Notes: generated by a model not told the origin, from the letters alone. Positions 9,189 to 19,583 are shown, counted from the first letter of the stretch. The stretch is 64,000 bases of DNA from Candidatus Kerfeldbacteria bacterium (GCA_047946875.1 CP181398.1:271154-335153), one strand, 5' to 3'. A program made the numbers and translations.

Positions 9189-10472
9189 ATGATAATGAGT
9201 AAACATATTAAATTAGTCCTAGTAATAGGTGTTTTGTTGTTTCCCATTATTGCCTTAGCATTTGGGGCAGATGAATGTGAAAATGGTTATGTTTGGGAGC
9301 CAAAGAGTGGAGTAGGGTGTGTTCAGGAAGATTGTAATATTATCCCTAATGCTCATTATTCTTATGTTCAGGACTGTGTCTGTGGCTCTTCTGGTAGTAT
9401 GTATGAAGATCCTTTGGATTCTAATACCGAGTGCTACTATCCTTTTGATTATGAGAGTTGCCCTAGTTGCGTTTATGCTTGTGTGGGTGCTGATGAGGAG
9501 TGTCCAGCATTGGAAAGAGATAATTATGTGGAAGAATTGCCACCAGTTGTTAACACCAATACCAATCTAAATACCAATCAAAGTACAAATACAAATTTTA
9601 TTCAGAATGTTAATGTATCTTTATCTACCACTGGAGTAGCGACTACAAGTTGGTCGTGTCAGGATCATTGTAAAACATTTTTAAGGGGTCATAAGAATGC
9701 CGAGCTGGTTTCATTCGAAGGAGATTATCCAGATTGTAAATGTCAGATAGATGTTAAAGATAGTCTGAATCAGCTGACTAATACAATCTCAGTGGATGGT
9801 GATGAGCAGACAACTTATACTTATGGCAAAGATGGTAGCTTAATAAAAAAAGTAAAAATAAATCGTAAAGATGAGGTTGAAAAAGTTCGGATCAGAATAG
9901 GCTTTAAATATACCCAAGAAGAGATTGATAAAATATTGGATCCAGCCAAAATTGATGTATGGTTCCAGGATAAGATTAAAGACATTAAAACTGAAACCAA
10001 CGAGTGGAATGCTCAATTTTGGTGGCAACACATGGTGGCAATTTGGGATCATGGCCGTAATGGTAATAGTGCTACATTTGTAGATACTTATCAGTTTGGT
10101 CGTTGTGGAGACTCTATGCTTTGGTTGGAACGTGATTTGCTCAATAAATTGGAAATTGGCAAAGACCCAGATAACCCCGGTCATAAATATGAAGGAATCT
10201 TATCAATTACCGGTGAAAAATATGGCAATATGCTTAATCATACTTCTTTAATGATAAGACCCCAAGGAATATCAAATATTGAGTGGGAAAGCCTTGTAAA
10301 AGAATTAAAGAAATTGTCTGGTGGAGAAGAAAGTAATCCCGGTATTAAAGGAGGTGATTTGAAAAATGTGGATCCCAGGTTATTGGATGCGAAAGTTTTG
10401 GATCCATATAAAAAAGAAGTGACGACGGTCCGGGAGTTTATCAAGGGTTGGTCTTATATTAGAATCGGTTAA
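9189..10472 (+). CDS. Secreted Cys-rich protein with Asn/Thr-rich linker
   Basis: Signal-peptide-like N-terminus. About 20 Cys in the first 100 residues. Linker NTNTNLNTNQSTNTN. Confidence 0.5.
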   Translation: MIMSKHIKLVLVIGVLLFPIIALAFGADECENGYVWEPKSGVGCVQEDCNIIPNAHYSYVQDCVCGSSGSMYEDPLDSNTECYYPFDYESCPSCVYACVGADEECPALERDNYVEELPPVVNTNTNLNTNQSTNTNFIQNVNVSLSTTGVATTSWSCQDHCKTFLRGHKNAELVSFEGDYPDCKCQIDVKDSLNQLTNTISVDGDEQTTYTYGKDGSLIKKVKINRKDEVEKVRIRIGFKYTQEEIDKILDPAKIDVWFQDKIKDIKTETNEWNAQFWWQHMVAIWDHGRNGNSATFVDTYQFGRCGDSMLWLERDLLNKLEIGKDPDNPGHKYEGILSITGEKYGNMLNHTSLMIRPQGISNIEWESLVKELKKLSGGEESNPGIKGGDLKNVDPRLLDAKVLDPYKKEVTTVREFIKGWSYIRIG

Positions 10473-10482
10473 CCGAAAGAAT

Positions 10483-10977
10483 ATGAAAAAACTTTTTAAA
10501 ATTATTATAATCCTGCTAGTAATATTGATTGTAGCAATTATTATTTTAGGTTTATGGCTATCACATGTTCCATCAGAAACTTACCAAGTAGAAAATATTA
10601 ATTCTGATGAACATTGGGGAAATATTTCGGGCTCTTTGAGCTATCCATCCGATTACATTCCAGAGATGGGTGTATGTGCGGAGACTATCGACCAAGAAAA
10701 TTATTATTGTACTTATGAAATGTTAGCAAGCGACGATTATATATATGGTTATGGTTATTCTCTAGAAGTGCCACCTGGTTCGTATTATGTATATGCGCAT
10801 TTGGTAGATGAGGATGATGAAAATGTTGGTTTTACAGATGAGAAGAAAGCTTACTATTCTAAATTTGTAAGTTGTGGAGGAAGTATTGAATGTACTTCTC
10901 ATACCCCAATTAAGGTAGAGGTTGATAGATATGAGAGTGTGACTAGGATTGATCCAATTGATTGGTATGATAATTAG
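10483..10977 (+). CDS. Membrane-anchored hypothetical protein
   Basis: N-terminal TM helix. Acidic, Tyr-rich ectodomain. Confidence 0.45.
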   Translation: MKKLFKIIIILLVILIVAIIILGLWLSHVPSETYQVENINSDEHWGNISGSLSYPSDYIPEMGVCAETIDQENYYCTYEMLASDDYIYGYGYSLEVPPGSYYVYAHLVDEDDENVGFTDEKKAYYSKFVSCGGSIECTSHTPIKVEVDRYESVTRIDPIDWYDN

Positions 10978-11132
10978 GGAATAGAGCAAATTGGTAAATT
11001 TAATTTGACAAATATTGTAATTAGAGTATACTTACTTTGTATGAAGAAACAAATCACACAATTAAACAATAATAATAGAAATAACCGTTTGACCTCGGCG
11101 TAATTTTGTCTTGCAATATAAAGTAAGATGAT

Positions 11133-11156
11133 CCCGCCGAACAGGCGGTTTTTTTG
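11133..11156 (+). terminator. Rho-independent terminator
   Basis: CCCGCC-GAACA-GGCGG followed by TTTTTTT. Confidence 0.6.
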
Positions 11157-11233
11157 TTATCTTTCAAGTTCTGGGGAAGTTTCCGCCTTCACATTAAGTT
11201 TCGGTTGACAAGGAATTGGCCCCGCCACAATTT

Positions 11234-11305
11234 TCTGGGATAGTTTAATCGGTAAAACGCTACGCCGTTAACGTAGTTATCCAGGTTCAAGTCCTGGTCC
11301 CAGAG
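11234..11305 (+). tRNA. tRNA-Asn (anticodon GTT), no encoded CCA
   Basis: Hand-folded cloverleaf. Acceptor stem 7 bp perfect (TCTGGGA/TCCCAGA). D-stem GTTT/AAAC with GG in the loop. Anticodon stem CTACG/CGTAG with loop CCGTTAA. T-arm CCAGG-TTCAAGT-CCTGG. Discriminator G. Position 33 is C, which is unusual. Confidence 0.75.
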
Positions 11306-11566
11306 TATTGTGACGGGGTAAATAGCACTACCTGTTTAGTAATAGGCAGCAAAACTATCAGCCTAAAGCCTGCCTGCCGGTAGGCAGGGCTGTAGTCCGA
11401 AAAAAGGAATACATTCTTTAGGATGTTAATGTAGATAAATTATGAATAATATAAACAACAATTTAAGAAGAAGAAAATTTCAATTCACTTGAGGTTGTTT
11501 TTCTTATTAAAAAAATATTTACAAACAGCTTCAGGGCTGTTTTTTTAATTAACTTAAAATTATAAT

Positions 11567-12766
11567 ATGAAAAAAATAATACTTATGTATTCTGGGGGAT
11601 TAGATACCTCTGTAATACTAAAATGGTTACAACAAAATCATCAAGCAGAAATCATAACTTTGACTGCTGATCTTGGTCAAGCAAAAGACAACTATCCTGC
11701 TATAAAAAAGAAAGCTTTAAAACTAGGTGCCAAGAAAGCTTATGTTGTTGATGGAAAAAAAGAATTTGCAAATAACTATATTGTTAAGTCTATTAAGGCA
11801 AATGGTCTGTATCAAGGAGCGTACCCTCTAAGTACTGCTCTTGGTAGGCCATTGATTTCAAAATATGCTGTAGAGATAGCTCATAAAGAAAAGACTAATA
11901 TAATTGCTCACGGTTGTACTGGGAAAGGGAATGATCAAATCAGGTTAGAGGTTTCGGCTAGTGTTTTGGATCCTAAGATGAAATTTATTGCCCCAGTTAG
12001 GGAATGGAATATGGGTAGGGATCAAGAATTAGTTTTTGCCAAGAAAAATAAAATTCCAATTTCTGTCTCATCGAAGTCTCCGTATTCTATAGACGACAAT
12101 ATGTGGGGCAAAAGTACGGAGGGAGGAATTATAGAGGATCCTGAGCAGCAAATACCTATTAATAAAATAATTAATTGGGTTACACCAATAGAAAAAGCAA
12201 AAGATAAAGCTGAGCTTGTTAACTTGAAATTTGTTAATGGAATACCGGTTAGTTTGAATGGCGAAACTTTAGGACTTAGTGAGTTGATTGTTAAGCTTGA
12301 TAAAATAGGTTGTCAGCATGGCATAGGAATCATTGAGCATATAGAAGATAGGGTTATAGGTATTAAAATAAGGGATCTATATGAATGTCCAGCTGCAATG
12401 ATTATCCTAAAAGCACATCAAGATTTGGAATCTTATGTTTCAACTATTTATGAAAATCAGTTTAAAAAAATCATTGATCAACAATGGGCATATTTAGTTT
12501 ACGCAGGATTTTGGTATGAACCTTTGTTAGAAAATTTAAATAAGTTTATTGAAGAGCAGAATAAGAAAGTAGAAGGGGAAGTCAAATTGAAGTTATATAA
12601 AGGAAATATCACGGTGGTTTCTAGGAAATCTAAATATGGATTAATTGATCAGAAATTATCAACCTTTATGTATGAGAGTGAGTTCGACCAAAAAGATGCG
12701 GTTGGTTTCATTAAGAATTGGGGTACCCCAAGTATTTTAAGTAATAATCTATTTAAGAAAGGATAA
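11567..12766 (+). CDS. argG: Argininosuccinate synthase
   Basis: YSGGLDTS PP-loop and GCTGKGNDQIRLE. Confidence 0.9.
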   Translation: MKKIILMYSGGLDTSVILKWLQQNHQAEIITLTADLGQAKDNYPAIKKKALKLGAKKAYVVDGKKEFANNYIVKSIKANGLYQGAYPLSTALGRPLISKYAVEIAHKEKTNIIAHGCTGKGNDQIRLEVSASVLDPKMKFIAPVREWNMGRDQELVFAKKNKIPISVSSKSPYSIDDNMWGKSTEGGIIEDPEQQIPINKIINWVTPIEKAKDKAELVNLKFVNGIPVSLNGETLGLSELIVKLDKIGCQHGIGIIEHIEDRVIGIKIRDLYECPAAMIILKAHQDLESYVSTIYENQFKKIIDQQWAYLVYAGFWYEPLLENLNKFIEEQNKKVEGEVKLKLYKGNITVVSRKSKYGLIDQKLSTFMYESEFDQKDAVGFIKNWGTPSILSNNLFKKG

Positions 12767-12770
12767 TTAT

Positions 12771-14099
12771 ATGGGAAAAATATGGGAGAAACATTCAAAA
12801 GTAAGTATGAATAAAGAAGTTGAAAATTTTCTGTCAGCTGATGATATTATTTATGATGAACAACTTGCCGTGTTTGATATTTACGGATCTCTAGGGCATC
12901 TTGCAGGATTGTTTGATTTGGGGATTGTAAATAAAGTTGAGTATAAGAAAATAAAAATAGGATTGATAAAAATTTTGGATGAGGTAATGGAAGATGGGAT
13001 TAATATATCAGTTGCAGATGAAGATATTCATACAGCAATTGAAAATAAATTGAAAGATGATGTTGGCAGTCCAGCTGATAAATTGCATACTAGTAGGTCA
13101 AGGAACGACCAAGTCTCTGTTGATATAAAATTATTTTCAAAAAAAGAGTTGTTAGAAATAATGAGTAAGGTTTTAGATTTGGCGTCATCTTTTTTAAAGT
13201 ATGCAAATCAGCATAAGTCGGTAGCTATGCCAGGATATACTCATATGCAACCAGCTATGGTTTCTAGTGTTGGATTGTGGTCCAGCTCATTTACAGCTAG
13301 CTTGCTCGATGATTTTACTTTATTACAAAGTGCTTTTGAATTGAATAATCAGTCTCCACTTGGGTCCGCGGCTGGTTATGGAGCACTGCTACCGATTAGT
13401 AAAGAATTAGTGGCAAAGTTATTAGGATTCAGTAAGATCCAAGAAAATTATTTGTATTGTCAGAATAGTAGGGGGAAAGTTGAATTAGCCATTGTTCATG
13501 CCCTTCAACAAGTGATACTAACAATTAATAAGTTTAGTAATGATTTGTTAACGTTTACCATGAGTGAGTTTGGATATTTTTACTTACCAGATAATTTTTT
13601 GACTGGGAGTAGTATTATGGTGCAAAAGAAAAATTATGACGTGGTTGAATTGTTAAGGTCTAAATATGCAGCCGTGTCTAGTGATTATTTTCATCTTAAT
13701 AGTTTGATATCAAATTTACCGTCAGGTTACAATAGGGATTTTCAAGAAATAAAGAAACCTTTATTTTCTAGCTTTGATATTGCTACAAAAACTATCACTA
13801 TTACTAACAAAGTGATTTCCAATCTCATGGTTCACAAAGATAAGTTGAAATTATCAATCAAACCAGATTTGTTGGTGACAAATGAGGTATATAAGGAGGT
13901 AGAAAAAGGAGTTCCTTTCAAACAGGCTTATAAATTGATTGGTAATAAATATCAACAGGGAAAATTACCTACTAATCCTGAATATAACCTACCGTCATTT
14001 AGTTATGATTTTTTTAAAAACAAAATTGATGCAAATGAAAAAATTGTAAATGAAAAAAAGACTGGATTTAATAAATGTTTGAGTAAATTAACTGTTTAA
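12771..14099 (+). CDS. argH: Argininosuccinate lyase
   Basis: HTSRSRNDQV, MPGYTHMQPA and the fumarate-lyase signature GSSIMVQKKN. Confidence 0.9.
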   Translation: MGKIWEKHSKVSMNKEVENFLSADDIIYDEQLAVFDIYGSLGHLAGLFDLGIVNKVEYKKIKIGLIKILDEVMEDGINISVADEDIHTAIENKLKDDVGSPADKLHTSRSRNDQVSVDIKLFSKKELLEIMSKVLDLASSFLKYANQHKSVAMPGYTHMQPAMVSSVGLWSSSFTASLLDDFTLLQSAFELNNQSPLGSAAGYGALLPISKELVAKLLGFSKIQENYLYCQNSRGKVELAIVHALQQVILTINKFSNDLLTFTMSEFGYFYLPDNFLTGSSIMVQKKNYDVVELLRSKYAAVSSDYFHLNSLISNLPSGYNRDFQEIKKPLFSSFDIATKTITITNKVISNLMVHKDKLKLSIKPDLLVTNEVYKEVEKGVPFKQAYKLIGNKYQQGKLPTNPEYNLPSFSYDFFKNKIDANEKIVNEKKTGFNKCLSKLTV

Positions 14100-14133
14100 A
14101 TGACAATAAATATGTTATAATATATTTACTTTT

Positions 14134-15147
14134 ATGAATAAAGCGACTTTAAATAAATTTATTGATCACCTTCAAGAGACTTATATTATTCATGCTCCAG
14201 TTAAAGAGGATAAAGAGCTTTATGTTAGGGAAATTGATGATAAGTCAGAGATAGATTATTCTAATAAGATCCCAATTAATACATATAAGCCTGTTTTACT
14301 ACCAAAGAAGGAAGCTTTGTTTACATATAAGAAAGGTAAGTTGCAAAAGCCAAAATTTGAGTATGAACCAGAATGCGCGTTTTTGATGTCGGTATCAGAT
14401 CTTAAGGCCGTTGGTCTTTTTAATCTAACTTTTGAAAAAGATCCATATTATCAGAAGAAAAGACAAAAGACTTTGTTGATTGGTCAGGCTTTTTTTGAAG
14501 GGAGTGGTTTTTGTGGCCATGTGAAGGATTGTTATGAAGAAGATATATTAGAGCATATAGTTTTTGATATAATGTTGATCAAATCAAGTAAAACATCTTG
14601 GAAAGTATTTACAGGATCTGAAAAAGGACAAAAGATTTTAGAAAAATTTGGTTATGATAAATTTGAGCATATAGAATTCGTTGGATTGATCAAAGAAGAG
14701 GGAATTGACCCAATGTTAGAGAAACATCGTACCCAGCTTGTAGAAACTTCACAAAAAGTTTGGGATCAGTGGGGTGATAAATGCACAGCTTGTGGTAAAT
14801 GTGCGGTAGACTGTCCTACTTGTTATTGTTTTAATGTGGATGATGAGCAAGATCATAAAGAATCAGGTGCAGGTGAAAGAGTACGATCATGGACAACTTG
14901 TTTTTATAATAGTTTTTCAGAAGTTGGTGGTGGTCATAAGTTTCTCAAAGCTAATGCTGCCAGAATCAAGAATTGGTATACCCATAAGTGGGTACGTACA
15001 CCACATGAATTTCAAATTATGGGGTGTGTTAACTGTGGTCGCTGTGATAAAGTTTGTCCGGTTGGTATCAAACGTGCAGACGTTTTTAAATCATTAGAGG
15101 AGAATAAGCAACCAAGATATCAAAAAAAGAAAATAATAAAAAAATGA
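14134..15147 (+). CDS. [NiFe]-hydrogenase group-3b beta subunit (FeS, sulfhydrogenase HydB-like)
   Basis: Two CxxCxxCxxxC ferredoxin motifs (CTACGKCAVDCP, CVNCGRCDKVCP) and position beside the gamma subunit. Confidence 0.65.
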   Translation: MNKATLNKFIDHLQETYIIHAPVKEDKELYVREIDDKSEIDYSNKIPINTYKPVLLPKKEALFTYKKGKLQKPKFEYEPECAFLMSVSDLKAVGLFNLTFEKDPYYQKKRQKTLLIGQAFFEGSGFCGHVKDCYEEDILEHIVFDIMLIKSSKTSWKVFTGSEKGQKILEKFGYDKFEHIEFVGLIKEEGIDPMLEKHRTQLVETSQKVWDQWGDKCTACGKCAVDCPTCYCFNVDDEQDHKESGAGERVRSWTTCFYNSFSEVGGGHKFLKANAARIKNWYTHKWVRTPHEFQIMGCVNCGRCDKVCPVGIKRADVFKSLEENKQPRYQKKKIIKK

Positions 15148-15977
15148 TAAATCCTTACGAACCACAAGGAGCTAAGATAATTGGAATACGAGCACAAGCT
15201 CCTGGTATTAAGATTTTTAAATTTCGACTCAAAACAAGAAAAGCACTGGTTTATAATCCTGGACAGTTTTTCGTTTTTTCTTTACCTGGATTTGGTGAGT
15301 CAGTGTTTGTACCGACCGAGGTTACAGATGAACCATATACATATGATATAGCAGTGCAAAAAATAGGTAGAGTTACAGGAGAGTTTCATAAACTTGATGC
15401 CGGAGATACTTTTGGAATTCGTGGACCATATGGTAATGGATTTGATCTTAGAAAAATAAAAAAAGGAAATATCTTATTTGTTGCGGGTGGTTTAGGTATA
15501 GTACCTATTCGATCCTTGGTATCATATCTTACCAAAAGATATTGCCAGAGATATTCATCTAATATGCATCTAATGTACGGCGCTCGTTCATTTGAGTATT
15601 TATTATTCAAAAAAGAATTCCCATCCTGGAAAAAATGTTTGAAGCTAGATATTACATTAAACAAACCTCATCCAGATAGTGCGAAAGGATGGCGATCACA
15701 TGCAGGATTAATTACTACTGTGTTTAAGAAAGTAGATACATTTAAAGAGGGTACTGCAATATTGTGTGGACCTCCAATCATGTTTAAATACGTAGTGCCA
15801 GTTGTACAGAAACTTGGCTTCAAAGACGAGGATATTTATTTATCTATGGAAAGAAGGATGCAGTGTGCTGGACTTGGTACTTGTCAACATTGCGCAATTG
15901 GACCTTATTACGTCTGTAAAGACGGTCCAGTATTTAGTTTTGATCAATTGAAAGATAATACACAATATAACAATTAA
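15144..15977 (+). CDS. Hydrogenase gamma subunit (PyrK-like FAD/NAD(P)-binding 2Fe-2S protein)
   Basis: Ferredoxin-NADP-reductase fold with C-terminal CAGLGTCQHC...C cluster. Confidence 0.65.
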   Translation: MINPYEPQGAKIIGIRAQAPGIKIFKFRLKTRKALVYNPGQFFVFSLPGFGESVFVPTEVTDEPYTYDIAVQKIGRVTGEFHKLDAGDTFGIRGPYGNGFDLRKIKKGNILFVAGGLGIVPIRSLVSYLTKRYCQRYSSNMHLMYGARSFEYLLFKKEFPSWKKCLKLDITLNKPHPDSAKGWRSHAGLITTVFKKVDTFKEGTAILCGPPIMFKYVVPVVQKLGFKDEDIYLSMERRMQCAGLGTCQHCAIGPYYVCKDGPVFSFDQLKDNTQYNN

Positions 15978-15992
15978 TTAATTATATAAGCT

Positions 15993-16913
15993 ATGTCAGA
16001 AAGAAAAGGAATATTACTAATTTTAGCAACTGCCTTGATATCAGGAGTTTCTATTTATGTTAATTCGTTAGGAGTTAAATTTGGTAATCCTTATGTGTTT
16101 GCTGGGATGAAGAACTTATTTGTTGGTTTGATATTATTTTCAATAGTTCTTGGTTTCAAAGAAAGACATAAACTAAAGAAATTAGTTAAGAAGGATTGGT
16201 GGCAGCTCACTTTAATTGGCTTAGTTGGTGGAGCAGTTCCATTTTTATTATTTTTTAAAGGGTTAACCTTAACTATACCTGCCAAAGGTTCATTTATACA
16301 TAAGACATTATTCATTTATGTAACTTTTCTTGCAATTATTTATTTGAAAGAAAAAATTAGCAAGAGTATGCTTATCGGTTTGGGAGCTTTGTTGGTTGGT
16401 ATTGTATTATTTTTAGGAATCCAACCACAAGCACTGGTGCTGGGAGATTTGTTAATATTAATCGCAACTTTGATGTGGGCGGGTGAAATTATCATGTCAA
16501 AAAAATTATTAAAAAGAATATCTCCAAATATTGTGGTTTGGGGGAGAATGTTTTTTGGAGGATTATTTATATTATTATTCTTAATAAATACCAGACAGAT
16601 TGAAAGTATCTTTGCATATAATCCTCAACAATGGATGTGGATCGGGATTACTTCAGTATTTCTACTTGGTTATGTACTGACTTTTTACAATGGCTTGAAG
16701 TATGTTAGAGCTTCAGTTGCAACATCGATTTTAGCTTTAGGAGCTCCAATCACGGGGATTATAACTTTGGTTGTACAAGGTGGGATAGTTTGGGCGCCAG
16801 AAAAGTATTGGGGAATGGCTTTGATAGTGACAGGAATAATATTGGTTGCTGGTATAAAAATGATGAATGGTTTTGTAAATCGTGATCACCTATATGACAG
16901 AATCGATAGTTAA
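15993..16913 (+). CDS. EamA/DMT family transporter
   Basis: About 10 TM helices in a two-EamA-repeat arrangement. Confidence 0.55.
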   Translation: MSERKGILLILATALISGVSIYVNSLGVKFGNPYVFAGMKNLFVGLILFSIVLGFKERHKLKKLVKKDWWQLTLIGLVGGAVPFLLFFKGLTLTIPAKGSFIHKTLFIYVTFLAIIYLKEKISKSMLIGLGALLVGIVLFLGIQPQALVLGDLLILIATLMWAGEIIMSKKLLKRISPNIVVWGRMFFGGLFILLFLINTRQIESIFAYNPQQWMWIGITSVFLLGYVLTFYNGLKYVRASVATSILALGAPITGIITLVVQGGIVWAPEKYWGMALIVTGIILVAGIKMMNGFVNRDHLYDRIDS

Positions 16914-17712
16914 AAATCTAGAGAAATCACGTCGTTTAGCTTTTGATAATTTTGATAATATAATTCTCGAGCCAAAAGCAGTAGAGGTGTTAGTAAATCT
17001 ATTTATACATCCTGGTTGTAAGTCTGATATTAATTTAGCTAAATTTCTTACAGGATTGCCAGTTCCTTTGAAAGATATATCATCTCATATAATTACAGCA
17101 TTCCCATCGCAAGTAGCGACTTATGCAAAAGCTAGTAATAAAACTATTATTACAGGAGTAGATTTATTAGAATGTTTTGCATTAGATCATGCAGATGCGG
17201 TTGAGGAAAATTATAAAGCGCTAGGTTTTAATCCTTCATATGCTCTAGCACATATATTAACCATCGGCAGGACTAGCAATCTAAGAAGTGTAGAAGGCAG
17301 GAAGTTGGTAGATATGGAAGTAATGGTATGTGGCAACTCAATTAAATTCTCAAACATTTTAGCCCCTTTATATCTTAATGTATTGGATGATCAAGTAGCA
17401 TTTCATCATTTTGGTGTAGTTGTAGCGGTAACTGATTCAAAAGTGTCTAAAATATTTGCTAGGAAACTACAAACCTTGCAAGACAATAAGAATTTTTTAC
17501 AAAAGACAGTCAAACAAATATTAGGAAAAGAGTTCAAATCAATTGATTATTCTAAAGAATCTTTCTTCAAGGTTGATATGACAGGTAAAATATTGGATCA
17601 ATCAAAACAAGATATGGATTTTTTTAAATTATGGCAGGATGAAGACCTAAGGAATATTAAAATTCCAAAGGAATTAAAGAGAGATAATGACAAAGTAATG
17701 TTTCAATCGTAA
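16882..17712 (+). CDS. Hypothetical protein (start may be M at 16894)
   Basis: ORF with no recognised motif. Overlaps the upstream gene and is translationally adjacent to hypC. Confidence 0.35.
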   Translation: MITYMTESIVKNLEKSRRLAFDNFDNIILEPKAVEVLVNLFIHPGCKSDINLAKFLTGLPVPLKDISSHIITAFPSQVATYAKASNKTIITGVDLLECFALDHADAVEENYKALGFNPSYALAHILTIGRTSNLRSVEGRKLVDMEVMVCGNSIKFSNILAPLYLNVLDDQVAFHHFGVVVAVTDSKVSKIFARKLQTLQDNKNFLQKTVKQILGKEFKSIDYSKESFFKVDMTGKILDQSKQDMDFFKLWQDEDLRNIKIPKELKRDNDKVMFQS

Positions 17713-17921
17713 TGTGTATATCAATACCCGCACAAATTAAAAAAATAAAAGGCAAGATAGCCATAGTTAAACGTGGTACTAAGACAGGACCACTGAGCAT
17801 AGAGATAATACCAAATTTAAAAGTAGGTGACTGGGTATTATCAGAGAACGGATTTGCTGTCTATAAAATTTCACAAAAAGAAGCAAAAGAATCATTAAAA
17901 TTAATAAATCAAAATATATAA
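17712..17921 (+). CDS. hypC: Hydrogenase maturation factor HypC
   Basis: MCISIP N-terminus (conserved Cys2), 69 aa. Confidence 0.8.
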   Translation: MCISIPAQIKKIKGKIAIVKRGTKTGPLSIEIIPNLKVGDWVLSENGFAVYKISQKEAKESLKLINQNI

Positions 17922-17922
17922 T

Positions 17923-18774
17923 ATGCCAATCCAAATTCCTAGTTATATAAAGAACCAACCACCGGGATCAAATGTACCGAATCCTTCAGTACATGCTTCT
18001 CCACAAAATGTTAATCCTAACCCCAAGAGGAGTAAGATAAGGATGTTATTATTTCTTCTCGCTTTAGTATTGATTGGTGGAGCAGTTGGTTATTATTTCT
18101 TTTTTTATACAAATGACAGTATAGAGAATAATGTGAATATAGTTGTTGCAAATAGTAATGAAGCTACTTTAAATTCTAATGCTATTCAAAATATCAATTT
18201 GAATAATAGTGTAAATATAAATTCTTTGAGTAATACCAATGGTTCACAAAATCCGAATACGCCTGTTAATTTAAGACCAACATCAAATTTAAATATTTCT
18301 AATACAAATGTTGCTGTTAATTTAAATACTTCAGTACTAATAGATGAAACTGATTCTGATGGCGATGGATTAACAAATAATGATGAGTATCTTTATGGTA
18401 CAAATAGCGAGTTGGAAGATACAGACGGAGATGGTTATAATGATATTATTGAAGTAATGACCTGCTATAATCCCATTGGTCAGGGTAATATCACAAGTAA
18501 TTATATATTTGATTTTTGCGAAAGAATATTAACACAAGAAATGGATGAGTGGAGTTTAAAATCATCTAATGAAATAAGTACTGTTTGTAGTATTTACAAA
18601 CCGGCTGTTGAATTAAACATTCAAATGTATATTAATGATACCTATTCGGATGATCAATTTACATCAATATTAAGTGAAAAATGCGATGAACTAAGAAACG
18701 AAATTAATCAGGATGATGTTAGTGAAAATAATTTGTGTAAATATATGGGACTAATGTCAATGATTTGTATTTAA
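17923..18774 (+). CDS. Membrane-anchored Asn-rich protein with DxDxDG calcium-binding-like repeats
   Basis: TM helix, long N/S/T low-complexity region, then DSDGDGLTNNDE...DTDGDGYND. Confidence 0.45.
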   Translation: MPIQIPSYIKNQPPGSNVPNPSVHASPQNVNPNPKRSKIRMLLFLLALVLIGGAVGYYFFFYTNDSIENNVNIVVANSNEATLNSNAIQNINLNNSVNINSLSNTNGSQNPNTPVNLRPTSNLNISNTNVAVNLNTSVLIDETDSDGDGLTNNDEYLYGTNSELEDTDGDGYNDIIEVMTCYNPIGQGNITSNYIFDFCERILTQEMDEWSLKSSNEISTVCSIYKPAVELNIQMYINDTYSDDQFTSILSEKCDELRNEINQDDVSENNLCKYMGLMSMICI

Positions 18775-18784
18775 TAATAAATAA

Positions 18785-19582
18785 ATGCCCAAGAAAAAAG
18801 TAAAAAAAATAAATAAACCAAAACTCAGTAAAACCAAGAAATTACGAATTGGGATTGCTGGTCTTACTTCCTGCGAAGGATGTTCTTTTGCTATTTTAGA
18901 TATGGGCATGGATTTTATTGAAGCAATTGACCATTTTGATTTGGGTGATTTTCATTTGATTATGGATGAGACTAAAGGGGATAAATATGACATCATGTTT
19001 ATAGATGGCGCTCCATTAACTAAAGAAAATGTTAAAACACTCAAAGAATTAAGACGACGTTCTAAATATTTAGTAGCTTTAGGAGCTTGTGCTTGTAATG
19101 GTGTAATTCCAAATATTAAAAACTATATTGATAAAAAAAAGGCAGTAAAATATGTTTATCCAAAAGTCCATAAGTCAGTTTATAATCCAAATATTTTACC
19201 AGTTAAAAGATTTGTAAAAGTTGATTGTTCTATTCAAGGATGTCCTATAGAAGCGAAAGATTTTGTCACAGTAATAAATAGTTTGCGGGAGGGGATGGAT
19301 CCAAAATTGTTGGAAAATCCTGTTTGTTACGAATGTCAGATGAATGGAAACGAATGCTTGTTACAAAAAGGAGAACCGTGTTTAGGACCAGTAATACAAG
19401 GCGGTTGTAATGCTGTTTGTCTAAATTCTAAATTTGCTTGCAAAGGTTGTCGTGGAGTGATACCAGGTTATGATACAAAATCTTTAGAAAAAGAATTATT
19501 AAAAAAACATTCCAAAAAAGAGATCGAAAGTATTTTACAAATTTTTGGGATTCAAGAAGATTGGTATAAAGCACAAAAATAA
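18785..19582 (+). CDS. [NiFe]-hydrogenase small (delta) subunit
   Basis: GLTSCEGCSFAILD proximal-cluster motif and a C-terminal Cys-rich medial/distal cluster region. Confidence 0.8.
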   Translation: MPKKKVKKINKPKLSKTKKLRIGIAGLTSCEGCSFAILDMGMDFIEAIDHFDLGDFHLIMDETKGDKYDIMFIDGAPLTKENVKTLKELRRRSKYLVALGACACNGVIPNIKNYIDKKKAVKYVYPKVHKSVYNPNILPVKRFVKVDCSIQGCPIEAKDFVTVINSLREGMDPKLLENPVCYECQMNGNECLLQKGEPCLGPVIQGGCNAVCLNSKFACKGCRGVIPGYDTKSLEKELLKKHSKKEIESILQIFGIQEDWYKAQK

Positions 19583-19583
19583 T

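Noticed and set aside
11306-11400. A second tRNA immediately after tRNA-Asn.
   Set aside because: GC-rich hairpins are present, but there is no T-loop motif and no cloverleaf.
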